From Candidatus Latescibacterota bacterium (GTDB taxonomy: Bacteria > JAAXHH01 > JACQVL01): a stretch of DNA of 49,727 nt. Within the stretch, counting starts at the first letter, position 1. Every line of letters starts with the position of its first letter. Shown piece after piece: positions 29,955-40,121 of the stretch. A program made the translations under genes and the position numbers. The DNA lies in assembly GCA_016209865.1 (NCBI GenBank), contig JACQVL010000258.1:1-49727 (forward strand), in the 5' to 3' direction. The notes below the pieces were generated by a model that did no database searches, was not told the DNA's origin, and saw nothing but the letters and a program-made list of their open reading frames with translations.

Positions 29955-29976
29955 GGGTGGCAGTCCACTCCTCGTG

Positions 29977-30423
29977 TCATTCTCGCGGAAGCGCGAACCC
30001 GTCGCCTTCATGACGCTTCTCGTCCTGGACGCGCGGCCCGGCCGTTCGTGACTGGATCGTCCCGGAGGCCGGGTCGAGGAACACGTCCGTCACCGGCGCA
30101 TCCCCCCAGAGCCGCTCCAGGCCGTAAAACACTCGCGTTTCCTGACGGAACACATGCACGACCACGTCCACATAGTCGATCAACACCCACCGCCACGCGG
30201 TCGTCCCTTCCACATGCCAGGGTCTGACCTGCTCCGCCGCCAGCCCGTCCACTACACTCTCGACGATCGCTTTCATCTGGGGCTCGGAGCCAGCGGAGCC
30301 GATCACAAAATAGTCAGCGATGGACGTCAGGTCCTGCAGGTCGAGGATACGGACATCCATCGCTTTTTTAGCGACCAGAGACGCTGCCGCATGCTCGGCC
30401 AGCTCCGCCGCGTTCAATGCCAC
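29977..30423 (-). CDS. rsfS: Ribosome silencing factor
   Basis: KKAMDV..LDL, ADYFVI and WVLIDYVDVVVHVF...R.FYGLERLW. Confidence 0.96.
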   Translation of the reverse strand: MALNAAELAEHAAASLVAKKAMDVRILDLQDLTSIADYFVIGSAGSEPQMKAIVESVVDGLAAEQVRPWHVEGTTAWRWVLIDYVDVVVHVFRQETRVFYGLERLWGDAPVTDVFLDPASGTIQSRTAGPRVQDEKRHEGDGFALPRE

Positions 30424-30432
30424 CCCCGTCCG

Positions 30433-30948
30433 CTACTCCTGACTGAGACGGAGCTGATCGTAGTCCTGGCCGATAATCGCCGTCACATCGACCATCCGAT
30501 CATCATTCCGTTGCAGGATGACATGCGTCGTGCCCAGTGCCTGCGCCACCGCCAGCGCCGCGTCCGAGACCGTCGTCTGCCCCCGCCGATCCAGCACGAT
30601 CGTCTCCGGGAACTGGAAATCCTCCGCGTTCTCGATGTTGACGACATCAAACCCCTGAGTGCGCAAGTAATCGCGGACTCGCTGGCCGATACCGACCTTT
30701 CCGCACCCGTTGAGCACCTCCACCTGGACTTTCTCGTGCGCGGGACGGACCGCGGACGTCCTGGGCGGGGTGAGGCGAGAGGACGGCGCGGCCGGCGCCA
30801 GGGCCGAGTACAGGAAATAGCCGTTGAGGCCGACCAGGACGATGATCCCTCCTTCGAGCAGCCAGATACTCGCGCGCCGCCCTCCGGCAGGCTTGGAGAG
30901 CGTCACCGGGGGGATACGTCCCTGTTTGCGGCTTCGCCTCGGCATCAA
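30433..30948 (-). CDS. Membrane-anchored LytR C-terminal domain protein
   Basis: Single transmembrane segment, then VEVLNGCG..G...LR..GFDV..IENA...DVTAIIGQD. Confidence 0.85.
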   Translation of the reverse strand: MMPRRSRKQGRIPPVTLSKPAGGRRASIWLLEGGIIVLVGLNGYFLYSALAPAAPSSRLTPPRTSAVRPAHEKVQVEVLNGCGKVGIGQRVRDYLRTQGFDVVNIENAEDFQFPETIVLDRRGQTTVSDAALAVAQALGTTHVILQRNDDRMVDVTAIIGQDYDQLRLSQE

Positions 30949-31174
30949 CAGCGCTCCCTCGGCGGCTCCGGTCGCAATGTCTTCATCGACGCCGTTCGTG
31001 CGTCTGGTCGGGTCATCAGGATAAGGCGCGGTCTGGAGGAGAGTGGAGAGGTCGAGGACTCAGGGGTGGGGTTCGCGGTGCACAGTACGTCGAGGCAATA
31101 TCAGCGTTCGACATCCACCATACCATCACCCTTTCTAGCCTCCAAGCCATCCGGTAAGACCGGATTCCGTCAGC

Positions 31175-31723
31175 TTACCGACCCTCATCCCGGAACCAGG
31201 AATCGAACAGGGAAGAGGAAGACGCGCGTGATCTGAGATCCCATCTGTTGTCGTACGGTCCGAAGAGCCCGTACCGGTCTTGAGACCCGTACGTGCTGTA
31301 ATTCACCTGGATTAAGACGTTCTTCGAAGGCCGGTATGTCAGTTCGAACCCCGGCAGCAGCCGGTTCTGACCAGCAACCCCTCGTCCGTTCCCGGGCGAC
31401 GAGAGCTGGTGGAGATACCCCAGATGCACGGTCATCCGGGCGTTGGACGCCAACTGGTAGTGCAGGGAGTTGACGTACAACCCCTGGGCGCGCGAGGCCG
31501 CCCCTCCGGCGGCAACGAGCATCGTGTACTGCTGGGACATCGACAACCGGGCCGGGTCGAACAGCCGGAATCGCCCGGACGGCCCGGTCTGATCCGACAG
31601 ATGCAACCGTGCAGTCCCGACTCGTCCGCCCGTCTCCTGGGCAAGGCGGTCGGGCGTTTGGCTGAACCCCACGGCGGGCATGACGAGCACACAAACCAGG
31701 AGGAACGCAATCCGGCGCGACAT
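31175..31723 (-). CDS. Exported hypothetical protein (alternating beta-strand pattern)
   Basis: Signal peptide; GGGGAG RBS; has its own promoter. Confidence 0.7.
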   Translation of the reverse strand: MSRRIAFLLVCVLVMPAVGFSQTPDRLAQETGGRVGTARLHLSDQTGPSGRFRLFDPARLSMSQQYTMLVAAGGAASRAQGLYVNSLHYQLASNARMTVHLGYLHQLSSPGNGRGVAGQNRLLPGFELTYRPSKNVLIQVNYSTYGSQDRYGLFGPYDNRWDLRSRASSSSLFDSWFRDEGR

Positions 31724-31778
31724 AGGGTCTCCCCTTCTTGGGTCAATGATTCTCCGAGCTTTTCCGAGCTATCTATCT

Positions 31779-31806
31779 AATATAAAGGCTGTTATGAAAA
31801 TGTCAA
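31779..31806 (-). promoter_or_regulatory. Promoter for the 31723 gene and the downstream run
   Basis: TTGACA-N16-TATATT; TCCGAGCT direct repeat at 31753-31770 just downstream. Confidence 0.6.
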
Positions 31807-31887
31807 CAATTTTTTGGCCTCGCCCGTGTCATTCGCCACTCTCGTTCTTTTTTCGCCTTTTCGCCCGGTGGGGTAGGAAGGGGGGAT

Positions 31888-32658
31888 TCATCCCGACCGT
31901 CCGGTTCGTTCCTGCATCAGCCGTTCAGCCTGGGCCAACTGTTCCGGGGTGTTGATCCCGACCGTCTCGTCCGCGCGCTCCGCCGTGTACGCGCTCACCC
32001 CCCGGCCCTGGCCGTGCAACAGGTGGATCGTGTCGGTCAGGTAATACTCGCCCTGCCGGTTTGTCGGCTTGAGGCCGGTCAACACCGCGAACAGCGCGCG
32101 GCAATCGAAGCAATACGTCCCGGTGTTGACCTCTGCGATCTGCCTCTCCTCCGGGGTGGCGTCTTTTTCCTCGACGATCCGGATGACCTGCCCCGTCTCA
32201 TCCCGCACGATCCGGCCGAGTCCGAACGGGTCGGGCATCCGCGCGGTCAGGATGGTGACGGCCGCCCGCGTGCGCCCGTGGTGCTCGACCAGGCAGCGGA
32301 GGGTGGGGGCACGAAGCAGCGGGGTGTCGCCTGAGAGGACGAGCAGGACGCCGTCAAACCCGGCGAGCGTCTCGCGCGCCTGGAGGACGGCGTGGCCGGT
32401 GCCTAATTGTTCCCGTTGTTCGACGAACTCGACGGGATAGCCGCGCAGGACGAGTCTCAAGCGTTCTGCCTGATGGCCGATGACGACCAGGATCCGGTCG
32501 GAGGAGATCGCGCGCGCCTCTTCGACGACGTACTCGACCATCGGGCGGCCGCAGAGCGGGTGGAGCACCTTGGCCAGGTCGGAAGACATCCGCGTCCCTT
32601 TCCCCGCCGCCATGATGAGGGAGACCAATCCGGTGGGGTGAGTCGTGGCGGCGTTCAT
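31888..32658 (-). CDS. GlmU-like N-terminal nucleotidyltransferase only (no acetyltransferase domain)
   Basis: MAAGKGTRM.SDLAKVLH, EQLGTGHAV, SGDTPLL, EVNTGTYCF and GEYYLTD; ends at 256 aa. Confidence 0.9.
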   Translation of the reverse strand: MNAATTHPTGLVSLIMAAGKGTRMSSDLAKVLHPLCGRPMVEYVVEEARAISSDRILVVIGHQAERLRLVLRGYPVEFVEQREQLGTGHAVLQARETLAGFDGVLLVLSGDTPLLRAPTLRCLVEHHGRTRAAVTILTARMPDPFGLGRIVRDETGQVIRIVEEKDATPEERQIAEVNTGTYCFDCRALFAVLTGLKPTNRQGEYYLTDTIHLLHGQGRGVSAYTAERADETVGINTPEQLAQAERLMQERTGRSG

Positions 32659-33320
32659 GAGGGCAGCTCCAGGGTTGAGTGGTCCCGGCTCTGCGGGATG
32701 TAGTACTCGGTGCCGAAGCGCGGCTGTTGGATGAGGTCAACGACGGTGCGGACATTCGTCTCACTGCAGAGGGCGTCGAATTCGTTCGCGTTGACGATCA
32801 GTAAGGGCGTCTCCCAGTAGTGGAGGAAGAAACGGTTGTACATCTCATTCAGCGTCCGGATGTAGTCGGGGGTGGGGCCCTGGTCGAGCGCGGGGCTCCG
32901 CCGGGCGGCCCGTTCGATGAGCTGGTCGGTGCTCGCCTGGAGGTAGATGACCACGTCCGGCTTCGGGATGTCTTTTTCGAGGACGGCCAGCAGATTTTCG
33001 TACAGCTTCAGCTCGCTCTCATCCAGCGTCAGGTTGGCGAAGATCCGGTTCCGGGCGAACAGGTAATCGCTGACCGTGATCTGATGGAAGAGGTCGCGTT
33101 GCGGGAGGGCGAGCAGTTGCTTGTGCCGCTGGAGGAGGAAGCAGACCTCGGTCGGGAACGCATACCGTCGCATATCCTGATAAAAATCGTGCAGGAACGG
33201 GTTGCTGTCGGGGTCTTCGAGGACGAGTTTCGCGTCGAGCTGGCCGGCCAGCCGCCGGGCAAACTCTGTCTTCCCGACGCTGATGACGCCCTCGACCGCG
33301 AGATAGCTGGGAGTCTCCAT
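32655..33320 (-). CDS. Deoxynucleoside kinase family protein (degenerate motifs)
   Basis: AVEGVISVGKT, NPFL..FY.D, VSDY and PKPDVVIYLQA. Confidence 0.85.
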   Translation of the reverse strand: METPSYLAVEGVISVGKTEFARRLAGQLDAKLVLEDPDSNPFLHDFYQDMRRYAFPTEVCFLLQRHKQLLALPQRDLFHQITVSDYLFARNRIFANLTLDESELKLYENLLAVLEKDIPKPDVVIYLQASTDQLIERAARRSPALDQGPTPDYIRTLNEMYNRFFLHYWETPLLIVNANEFDALCSETNVRTVVDLIQQPRFGTEYYIPQSRDHSTLELPS

Positions 33321-33340
33321 AGACGATCCACACCTTCCGG

Positions 33341-33847
33341 CTAAGAGTGAACGGGGACGTACGGATGAACGAGATGATCGACCGGCCCCAGGTCGGCGAG
33401 CAGTCCCGCGATGGATCGCCCGCTGACCGGATGGATGACGTCCGGGGCGATCTCGGCGAAGGGGACGAGGACGAACGCGCGTTCGGCCAGTCGTGGATGG
33501 GGAAGGGTGAGGGCCTGCTGATCGAGGATGACGTCGTGGTAGAGCAGGAGGTCGAGGTCGATCACCCGCGGGCCGTTGCGGACGGAGCGGACGCGGCCGA
33601 CTTGGCGTTCAACCCAGCGCAGCTCCGCCAGCACGTCATGGGGAGAGAGGGTGGTGAGGATTTCGACGACTCCGTTCAAGAACGCGGGTTGTTCGAGCAG
33701 TCCGACCGGCACGGTCTCGTACCACGATGACTGGCGGGTCACGGTGAGGTCCGGGCGGCCACGAAGCAGTGCGAGTGCCCGGCGAACGTGGGACTCCCGG
33801 TCGCCCAGGTTCCCCCCGAGACCGATGTACGCCCGAACAGGACTCAT
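33341..33847 (-). CDS. folK: 2-amino-4-hydroxy-6-hydroxymethyldihydropteridine diphosphokinase
   Basis: YIGLGGNLGD, Q..FLNGV, GPRVIDLDLL and LPHPR...RAFVL.P. Confidence 0.97.
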   Translation of the reverse strand: MSPVRAYIGLGGNLGDRESHVRRALALLRGRPDLTVTRQSSWYETVPVGLLEQPAFLNGVVEILTTLSPHDVLAELRWVERQVGRVRSVRNGPRVIDLDLLLYHDVILDQQALTLPHPRLAERAFVLVPFAEIAPDVIHPVSGRSIAGLLADLGPVDHLVHPYVPVHS

Positions 33848-34215
33848 GGATTGAGAGAAGATCGGCTGACCTCGACCTCGACCGAGCCGACGGGGCCCGG
33901 CATCGGCACAAACGGTTTGCGAACCCGGACGATCACCCGCGTGACGGGAAACTGGTGCAGGAGACGCTGGGCGATCTCCCCGGCCAGCGCCTCCAGGAGC
34001 ATCCGGGGCGGGCCTGTGATAATCCGTGCGACTGTCCGGTAGACGGAGACATAATCGATCGCCTCGGCCAGTCTGTCCGTGGCCGCCGCCTGGCTCCAGT
34101 CCCCGCCCAGTTCAACGTCGACTTCAAACAGTTGTCCGCGCTCCCGCTCGTCGGGGTATACCCCATGGTGACCGTACAGCCTGATCGTCCGAAGCCGGAT
34201 CCAGTCGCGTTCCAC
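33844..34215 (-). CDS. folB: Dihydroneopterin aldolase
   Basis: YGHHGV...E...GQ.F.VD, IDY, LLEALA and RVRKP. Confidence 0.95.
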   Translation of the reverse strand: MERDWIRLRTIRLYGHHGVYPDERERGQLFEVDVELGGDWSQAAATDRLAEAIDYVSVYRTVARIITGPPRMLLEALAGEIAQRLLHQFPVTRVIVRVRKPFVPMPGPVGSVEVEVSRSSLNP

Positions 34216-34230
34216 GACGCGGAAGCTCCC

Positions 34231-35451
34231 TCACACCATCGTGAACTGCGGTGGGTGCAGCCGCCGGAACCGGTAGCGCGAGAGGCTCTGTTCGACGCGC
34301 CGGACGACCGTCGCCAGCGTCTCGTCGGATGCGTTGAGCGCGAACCGGACGTACCCCTCCCCGTATTCCCCCATGTACCCGCCGGGCACGACGAACACCC
34401 CCGCTTTCCGGAGGAGAATGCTGAACCGGACTGAGCTATAGCGGGGCGGGATGGGTACCCACACGTAGAGTCCGGCCTTGGGCTTTCGTACCTTCCAGCC
34501 GAGCGTCTGTAGCCCATCGACCAGGACATCGCGGCGGTGCGCGTACCGGGGGATGAGGTCTGCGAGCAGCGTCTCGGCCCGTGTCAGCGCGTCGGTTCCC
34601 GCCTGCTGAAGGGCGAGGAACAGGCCGGTATCCAGGTTGTCCGTCAACTGCGCCAGCGCGGCCAGCACCGGCGGACTGCCGACGGCGACGCCGAGTTCCC
34701 ACAGCGTCCCGCCGAGGAGGAAGGCTAAGGAGAAGACCTCGACCCCCACGTCGCACGCGCCGGGCGCTTGCATGAAGCTCGGCGGGTCGTACCCGTCGTA
34801 CGCCATCAAGAGATGGGCGGCATCGTGACAGACGATGATGTTGTGCCGTCTGGCGAAGTCGACGACGGCCCGGAAGAACGGGAGGTCGGCGACGGCGCCG
34901 GTCGGGTTGTTGGGGTAGCTCAGGAACATGAGCTTCGCCCGGTGCGCGACCTCTGGGTCGATCTGCCGGAGGTTCGGGAGACAATCGTTCCGTTCGAGCA
35001 GGGGCATCGTCTGCACGACTCCGCCGGCGAAGATCGTCCCCGTCCGGTACGCGGGATAGGCCGGGTCGGGGAGGAGGACGGTCTCGCCGGGATTGACGAG
35101 CGCCAGGGGCAAACACGCCGCCCCCGTCTTCGAGCCGACCAGGGGTAAGACCTGGGTCTGGGGGTTGAGGTCGACATCGAACCGGCGGGCGAACCAGGCG
35201 CTGAACGCCTGGCGGAACGCCGCTGAGATCTCACTCCGTGCGGCCGTCGTGCGGCCGAGTTCGCGGGTCGTCTCGCAGATCCGGGCGATGACGAACTCGT
35301 GCGGGGTCGGGTCGATCCCCCCGACCGTCAGGTCGATCGGATCGATGCCCCGGGCGTTCAGCCGCCGTTTGTACCGGTCGACTTCCCGGGTGGGGTACGG
35401 AGGAATCTGGTGAAGCCGTTCGGCCCGTTCGATGACGATATGGCGGCGCAT
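34231..35451 (-). CDS. Class I/II (LL-DAP-AT-like) aminotransferase homolog lacking the PLP lysine
   Basis: GSK.G, PDPAYPAY, SYPNNPTGA, HDAA and GEYGEGYVRFAL are present; SLSK...GWRIG is replaced by SLAF...LWELG. Confidence 0.85.
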   Translation of the reverse strand: MRRHIVIERAERLHQIPPYPTREVDRYKRRLNARGIDPIDLTVGGIDPTPHEFVIARICETTRELGRTTAARSEISAAFRQAFSAWFARRFDVDLNPQTQVLPLVGSKTGAACLPLALVNPGETVLLPDPAYPAYRTGTIFAGGVVQTMPLLERNDCLPNLRQIDPEVAHRAKLMFLSYPNNPTGAVADLPFFRAVVDFARRHNIIVCHDAAHLLMAYDGYDPPSFMQAPGACDVGVEVFSLAFLLGGTLWELGVAVGSPPVLAALAQLTDNLDTGLFLALQQAGTDALTRAETLLADLIPRYAHRRDVLVDGLQTLGWKVRKPKAGLYVWVPIPPRYSSVRFSILLRKAGVFVVPGGYMGEYGEGYVRFALNASDETLATVVRRVEQSLSRYRFRRLHPPQFTMV

Positions 35452-35542
35452 GGGAGAAAAAATCAGGGTGAGATCAGGGACGAGTGACGAGTAAAAACAA
35501 AACCCTCTCGCTGGTGTTGTGGCTGAGAGCTGGCTGGTCATG

Positions 35543-35571
35543 AATATAGCACACGAGAAGGAAAACGGCAA
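35543..35571 (-). promoter_or_regulatory. Promoter for the aminotransferase-folB-folK operon
   Basis: TTGCCG-N17-TATATT. Confidence 0.6.
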
Positions 35572-35572
35572 G

Positions 35573-35606
35573 AAAAAAACCCCTGCCCGTACAGAGCAGG
35601 GGTTTT
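35573..35606 (-). terminator. Intrinsic terminator after groEL
   Basis: Minus strand: AAAACCCCTGC-loop-GCAGGGGTTTTTTT. Confidence 0.85.
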
Positions 35607-35643
35607 CATCGGTACAGCGAAGTCAGCGCGGAGAGTGATTGTA

Positions 35644-35668
35644 ACCGACCACTGACCACCGACCACCG
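35644..35668. repeat. Heptamer array (ACYGACC)x3.5 right after the groEL stop
   Basis: accgacc actgacc accgacc accg. Confidence 0.85.
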
Positions 35669-35670
35669 CT

Positions 35671-37323
<1,653 letters not shown>

Positions 37324-37449
37324 TCACGCCCGCACGATACGGGCGATGTGTGAACCTGATGGATGAGAACGACTGCACGATACTCCGCCGGATGACCGGC
37401 GGAACGCATTGAGCAATCTATTGAAAAAACAAGACTTAATTGAAATAAA

Positions 37450-37476
37450 TTAGCACTCGACGCGAGCGAGTGCTAA
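37450..37476. promoter_or_regulatory. CIRCE element (HrcA operator)
   Basis: Perfect TTAGCACTC-N9-GAGTGCTAA. Confidence 0.97.
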
Positions 37477-37503
37477 TATAATAGAAGCCCCTCAAAAACG
37501 CAA
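37475..37503 (-). promoter_or_regulatory. groEL promoter abutting CIRCE
   Basis: TTGCGT-N17-TATATT. Confidence 0.7.
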
Positions 37504-37535
37504 GCGCTTTTTTGCGCCGCTCGCAAAATTTTTGC

Positions 37536-38309
37536 TCAGGAGCGCCCGTCAACCCGGAGCGCGATCCGGCGCAGCCCGTCGAGCGTGAGCAGCGGGTCGA
37601 GTTGCTGGATCGTCCGGGACAACGGGGTAATCAGGCCCGCCAGGCCGCCGGTGGCGATGACCACCGCCCGCGCGCCCAGTTCCTCCCAGATCCGCTCGAC
37701 GATCCCGTCTACCTGGCCGACCGCCCCGTAGACGATCCCGGCCCGGAGGCACTGTTCGGTATCCTGCCCGATCACCCGGTCTGGTACGGCGATCTCCACC
37801 CCCCACAGCCGCGCCGCCCGTTGAAACAGCTCGGCCGCCGAGGTCTCGATCCCCGGGGCGATCACCCCACCGACGTAATCCCCCTCCGGGGAAATCACGT
37901 CGAACGTCGTCGCCGTCCCGAGGTCGACGACGATCGCCGGCCCGCCGTACCGCTCGAACGCCCCTACCGCGTTGGCAATGCGATCCGCCCCGACCCCGCG
38001 CGGGTTGTCGTAGTGGATCGTGAGACCGATCTCCAGGTCAGCCGTCACGATGAGCGGGACGGTCTGGAAATACCGGTCCACCATCTCCTGGTAGATCGAG
38101 GTGAGCGACGGGACGACCGACCCGATCACCGTCCGGGTGATGCGGTCGACCGTGATCCCCGCTTCCTGACAGAGGAGCTTCGTCAAGATGCCGCATTCAT
38201 CCACGGTGTAATCCCGCCGACTGGGCAACCGCCAGTGGCCGCGAAGCTGCTCCCCGTCGTAGACGCCCAGTTTGGTATGGGTGTTGCTGATATCGATCGC
38301 CAGGATCAT
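37536..38309 (-). CDS. coaX: Type III pantothenate kinase
   Basis: LAIDISNT, SVVP, GADRIAN, VVDLGTATTFD and IATGG. Confidence 0.95.
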   Translation of the reverse strand: MILAIDISNTHTKLGVYDGEQLRGHWRLPSRRDYTVDECGILTKLLCQEAGITVDRITRTVIGSVVPSLTSIYQEMVDRYFQTVPLIVTADLEIGLTIHYDNPRGVGADRIANAVGAFERYGGPAIVVDLGTATTFDVISPEGDYVGGVIAPGIETSAAELFQRAARLWGVEIAVPDRVIGQDTEQCLRAGIVYGAVGQVDGIVERIWEELGARAVVIATGGLAGLITPLSRTIQQLDPLLTLDGLRRIALRVDGRS

Positions 38310-38361
38310 GAAGGACTCCTTACGGAGAGTGACGAGTACTGCCGTCTACCATGGTCAGGTC

Positions 38362-39156
38362 TCACTCTCTCAGGCTTACGGTGCCGGAATGGACGTGTAC
38401 CCGCCCCTGGTTGCTCGTCTCGATGATGAGGCCGCCGACTTCATCCAGACCGACGGCAGTGCCGGTGAGGGTGCGAGACCCGTCCGTGATGGCCACGCGG
38501 CGGGTGATCAGGACTGAGCGTTCGACGAGGGCGGGCATGAAGGGCGTGAGTCCGGCCTGGAGAAACTGAGCGTAGAGCGGCTCAAACCGTTCGAGCAGGC
38601 GCTGGAGTACGCGCTGGCGCGGGATGACCCGCCCGGTCTCGATCCGGAGAGACGTCGCCACGGCGCGAAGCGGAGGGGGAAACCCCTCGACATCGTGGTT
38701 GACGTTGATCCCGATCCCTAAGATGATGGGAGGCTCCACCCCGGCCAGGGTCTTCGTCTCGGCCAGCAGGCCGGCGACTTTCCGGCCGCCGATGACGACG
38801 TCATTCGGCCACTTCAGACCCGCCGGGACGCCCGCGACGTCTTCGATGGCGGCCGCGACCGCGCAGGCAGCGCACAGGGTGAGGGCCGGCAGGAACGCTG
38901 TCGACGCCGGAGGCCGGAGGATGAGCGACGCCCAGAGTCCCACGCCGGGTGCGGAATCCCATGCCCGGCCGAGCCGCCCACGGCCAGCCGTCTGTTCGTC
39001 CGCTAAGATGACCGTCCCCTCAACCGCCCCCTGTCTCGCCAGGTCGAGCGCCCAGTCGTTCGTCGACGTGAGACGGTCAGCATACTCGACCGTGCGACCG
39101 AACGACGAGGTCTGAAGCTCCCGTCGGAGCCGTGGGATGTCGAAAGGGTCGGACAT
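38362..39156 (-). CDS. birA: Biotin--[acetyl-CoA carboxylase] ligase (no N-terminal HTH)
   Basis: STN, QTAGRGRLGR.W, KWPND, KVAGLL and GIGINV. Confidence 0.95.
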   Translation of the reverse strand: MSDPFDIPRLRRELQTSSFGRTVEYADRLTSTNDWALDLARQGAVEGTVILADEQTAGRGRLGRAWDSAPGVGLWASLILRPPASTAFLPALTLCAACAVAAAIEDVAGVPAGLKWPNDVVIGGRKVAGLLAETKTLAGVEPPIILGIGINVNHDVEGFPPPLRAVATSLRIETGRVIPRQRVLQRLLERFEPLYAQFLQAGLTPFMPALVERSVLITRRVAITDGSRTLTGTAVGLDEVGGLIIETSNQGRVHVHSGTVSLRE

Positions 39157-39160
39157 ACAG

Positions 39161-39212
39161 TGACGAGTGAAGAGTGAGAAAATCCAAAATCCAAAATCTA
39201 AAATCCAAAATC
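39161..39212. repeat. Two adjacent heptamer arrays, (TGAMGAG)x2.5 and (AAAATCY)x5
   Basis: tgacgag tgaagag tga; aaaatcc aaaatcc aaaatct aaaatcc aaaatc. Confidence 0.9.
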
Positions 39213-39223
39213 AAATACCCACC

Positions 39224-40108
39224 TCACCCCGTCATCTCCAGACTGATGTCCAGGGCGGGGGCGGAATGGGTGAGCGCCCCGATGGAGATCAAGTCGACCC
39301 CGGTCTCCGCGACCGCGCGGACGCGGTCGAGGGTGAGCGCTCCGGAGGCTTCCAGCTCGATCGGGCGGCCGGGCGCGGTCATCCGGCGGACGAGGGCGAC
39401 GGCCGCGCGCATGGCGTCGAGCGACATGTTATCGAGCATGATGCGATCGACCATCAGCCGGGCCGCCTCTTCCACCTGGGTCAGCGTTTCCGTTTCGACT
39501 TCGATCTTGAGCATGCTGCTCTGGGCGTGCATCCGTTCGCGGCATCGTTCGACCGCCGGGGTGATCCCGCCCGCGGCCGCGATATGGTTATCCTTGATGA
39601 GGACCATGTCAAACAGTCCGAGCCGGTGGTTCATCCCGCCGCCCATCCGGACCGCATACTTTTCGAGCTGTCGCAGTCCCGGTATAGTCTTCCGGGTATC
39701 GGTAATCTGCGCCGGGGTGCCGGCCACCGCCGACACGTACCGGGCGGTCAGGGTAGCGATCCCGGAGAGATGCTGGAGGAAGTTGAGGGCGGTGCGTTCC
39801 CCCGTTAATATCCCGCCCACCGGGCCAGAGATGTCCGCGAACCGCTGCCCTGGCTCGACGCGGTCGCCATCCTGGATCGACACCCGGAGTTGGAGCCGGG
39901 GGTCGATGCGTTGGAAGACCAGACGGACGACCTCAAGCCCGGCGATGACTCCCGGCCGCTTCGCCATCAACCGGCCGGTCGCGCGGACATCGGCGGGTAC
40001 GGTCCACGTGGTCGTGACGTCCCCGGCGCCGAGATCTTCGGCCAGGGCGCGGTCGATCAGGGAGAGGAGGTCTGGGGCGTCGAATAGCCCTTTCTCGTCA
40101 CTCGTCAC
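39224..40108 (-). CDS. nadC: Nicotinate-nucleotide pyrophosphorylase (quinolinate phosphoribosyltransferase)
   Basis: ERTALNFLQHLSGIAT, DTRKT.PG, NHRLGL.D, IKDNH, IMLDN and EASG. Confidence 0.97.
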   Translation of the reverse strand: MTSDEKGLFDAPDLLSLIDRALAEDLGAGDVTTTWTVPADVRATGRLMAKRPGVIAGLEVVRLVFQRIDPRLQLRVSIQDGDRVEPGQRFADISGPVGGILTGERTALNFLQHLSGIATLTARYVSAVAGTPAQITDTRKTIPGLRQLEKYAVRMGGGMNHRLGLFDMVLIKDNHIAAAGGITPAVERCRERMHAQSSMLKIEVETETLTQVEEAARLMVDRIMLDNMSLDAMRAAVALVRRMTAPGRPIELEASGALTLDRVRAVAETGVDLISIGALTHSAPALDISLEMTG

Positions 40109-40121
40109 TCGTCACTCGTCA
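40094..40121. repeat. Heptamer array (CTCGTCA)x4 spanning the stop of the PHP gene and the start of nadC
   Basis: ctcgtca x4. Confidence 0.92.

Noticed and set aside
30945-31121. Selenoprotein or read-through ORF (MVDVER-TGA-YCLD...) after an SD-like AGGGTGAT
   Set aside because: No recognisable SECIS or redox motif, and the downstream sequence is not protein-like.
35452-35540. Attenuator or riboswitch in the aminotransferase-fol leader
   Set aside because: The CTCTC/GAGAG stem is only 5 bp on the transcribed strand and there is no recognisable aptamer.
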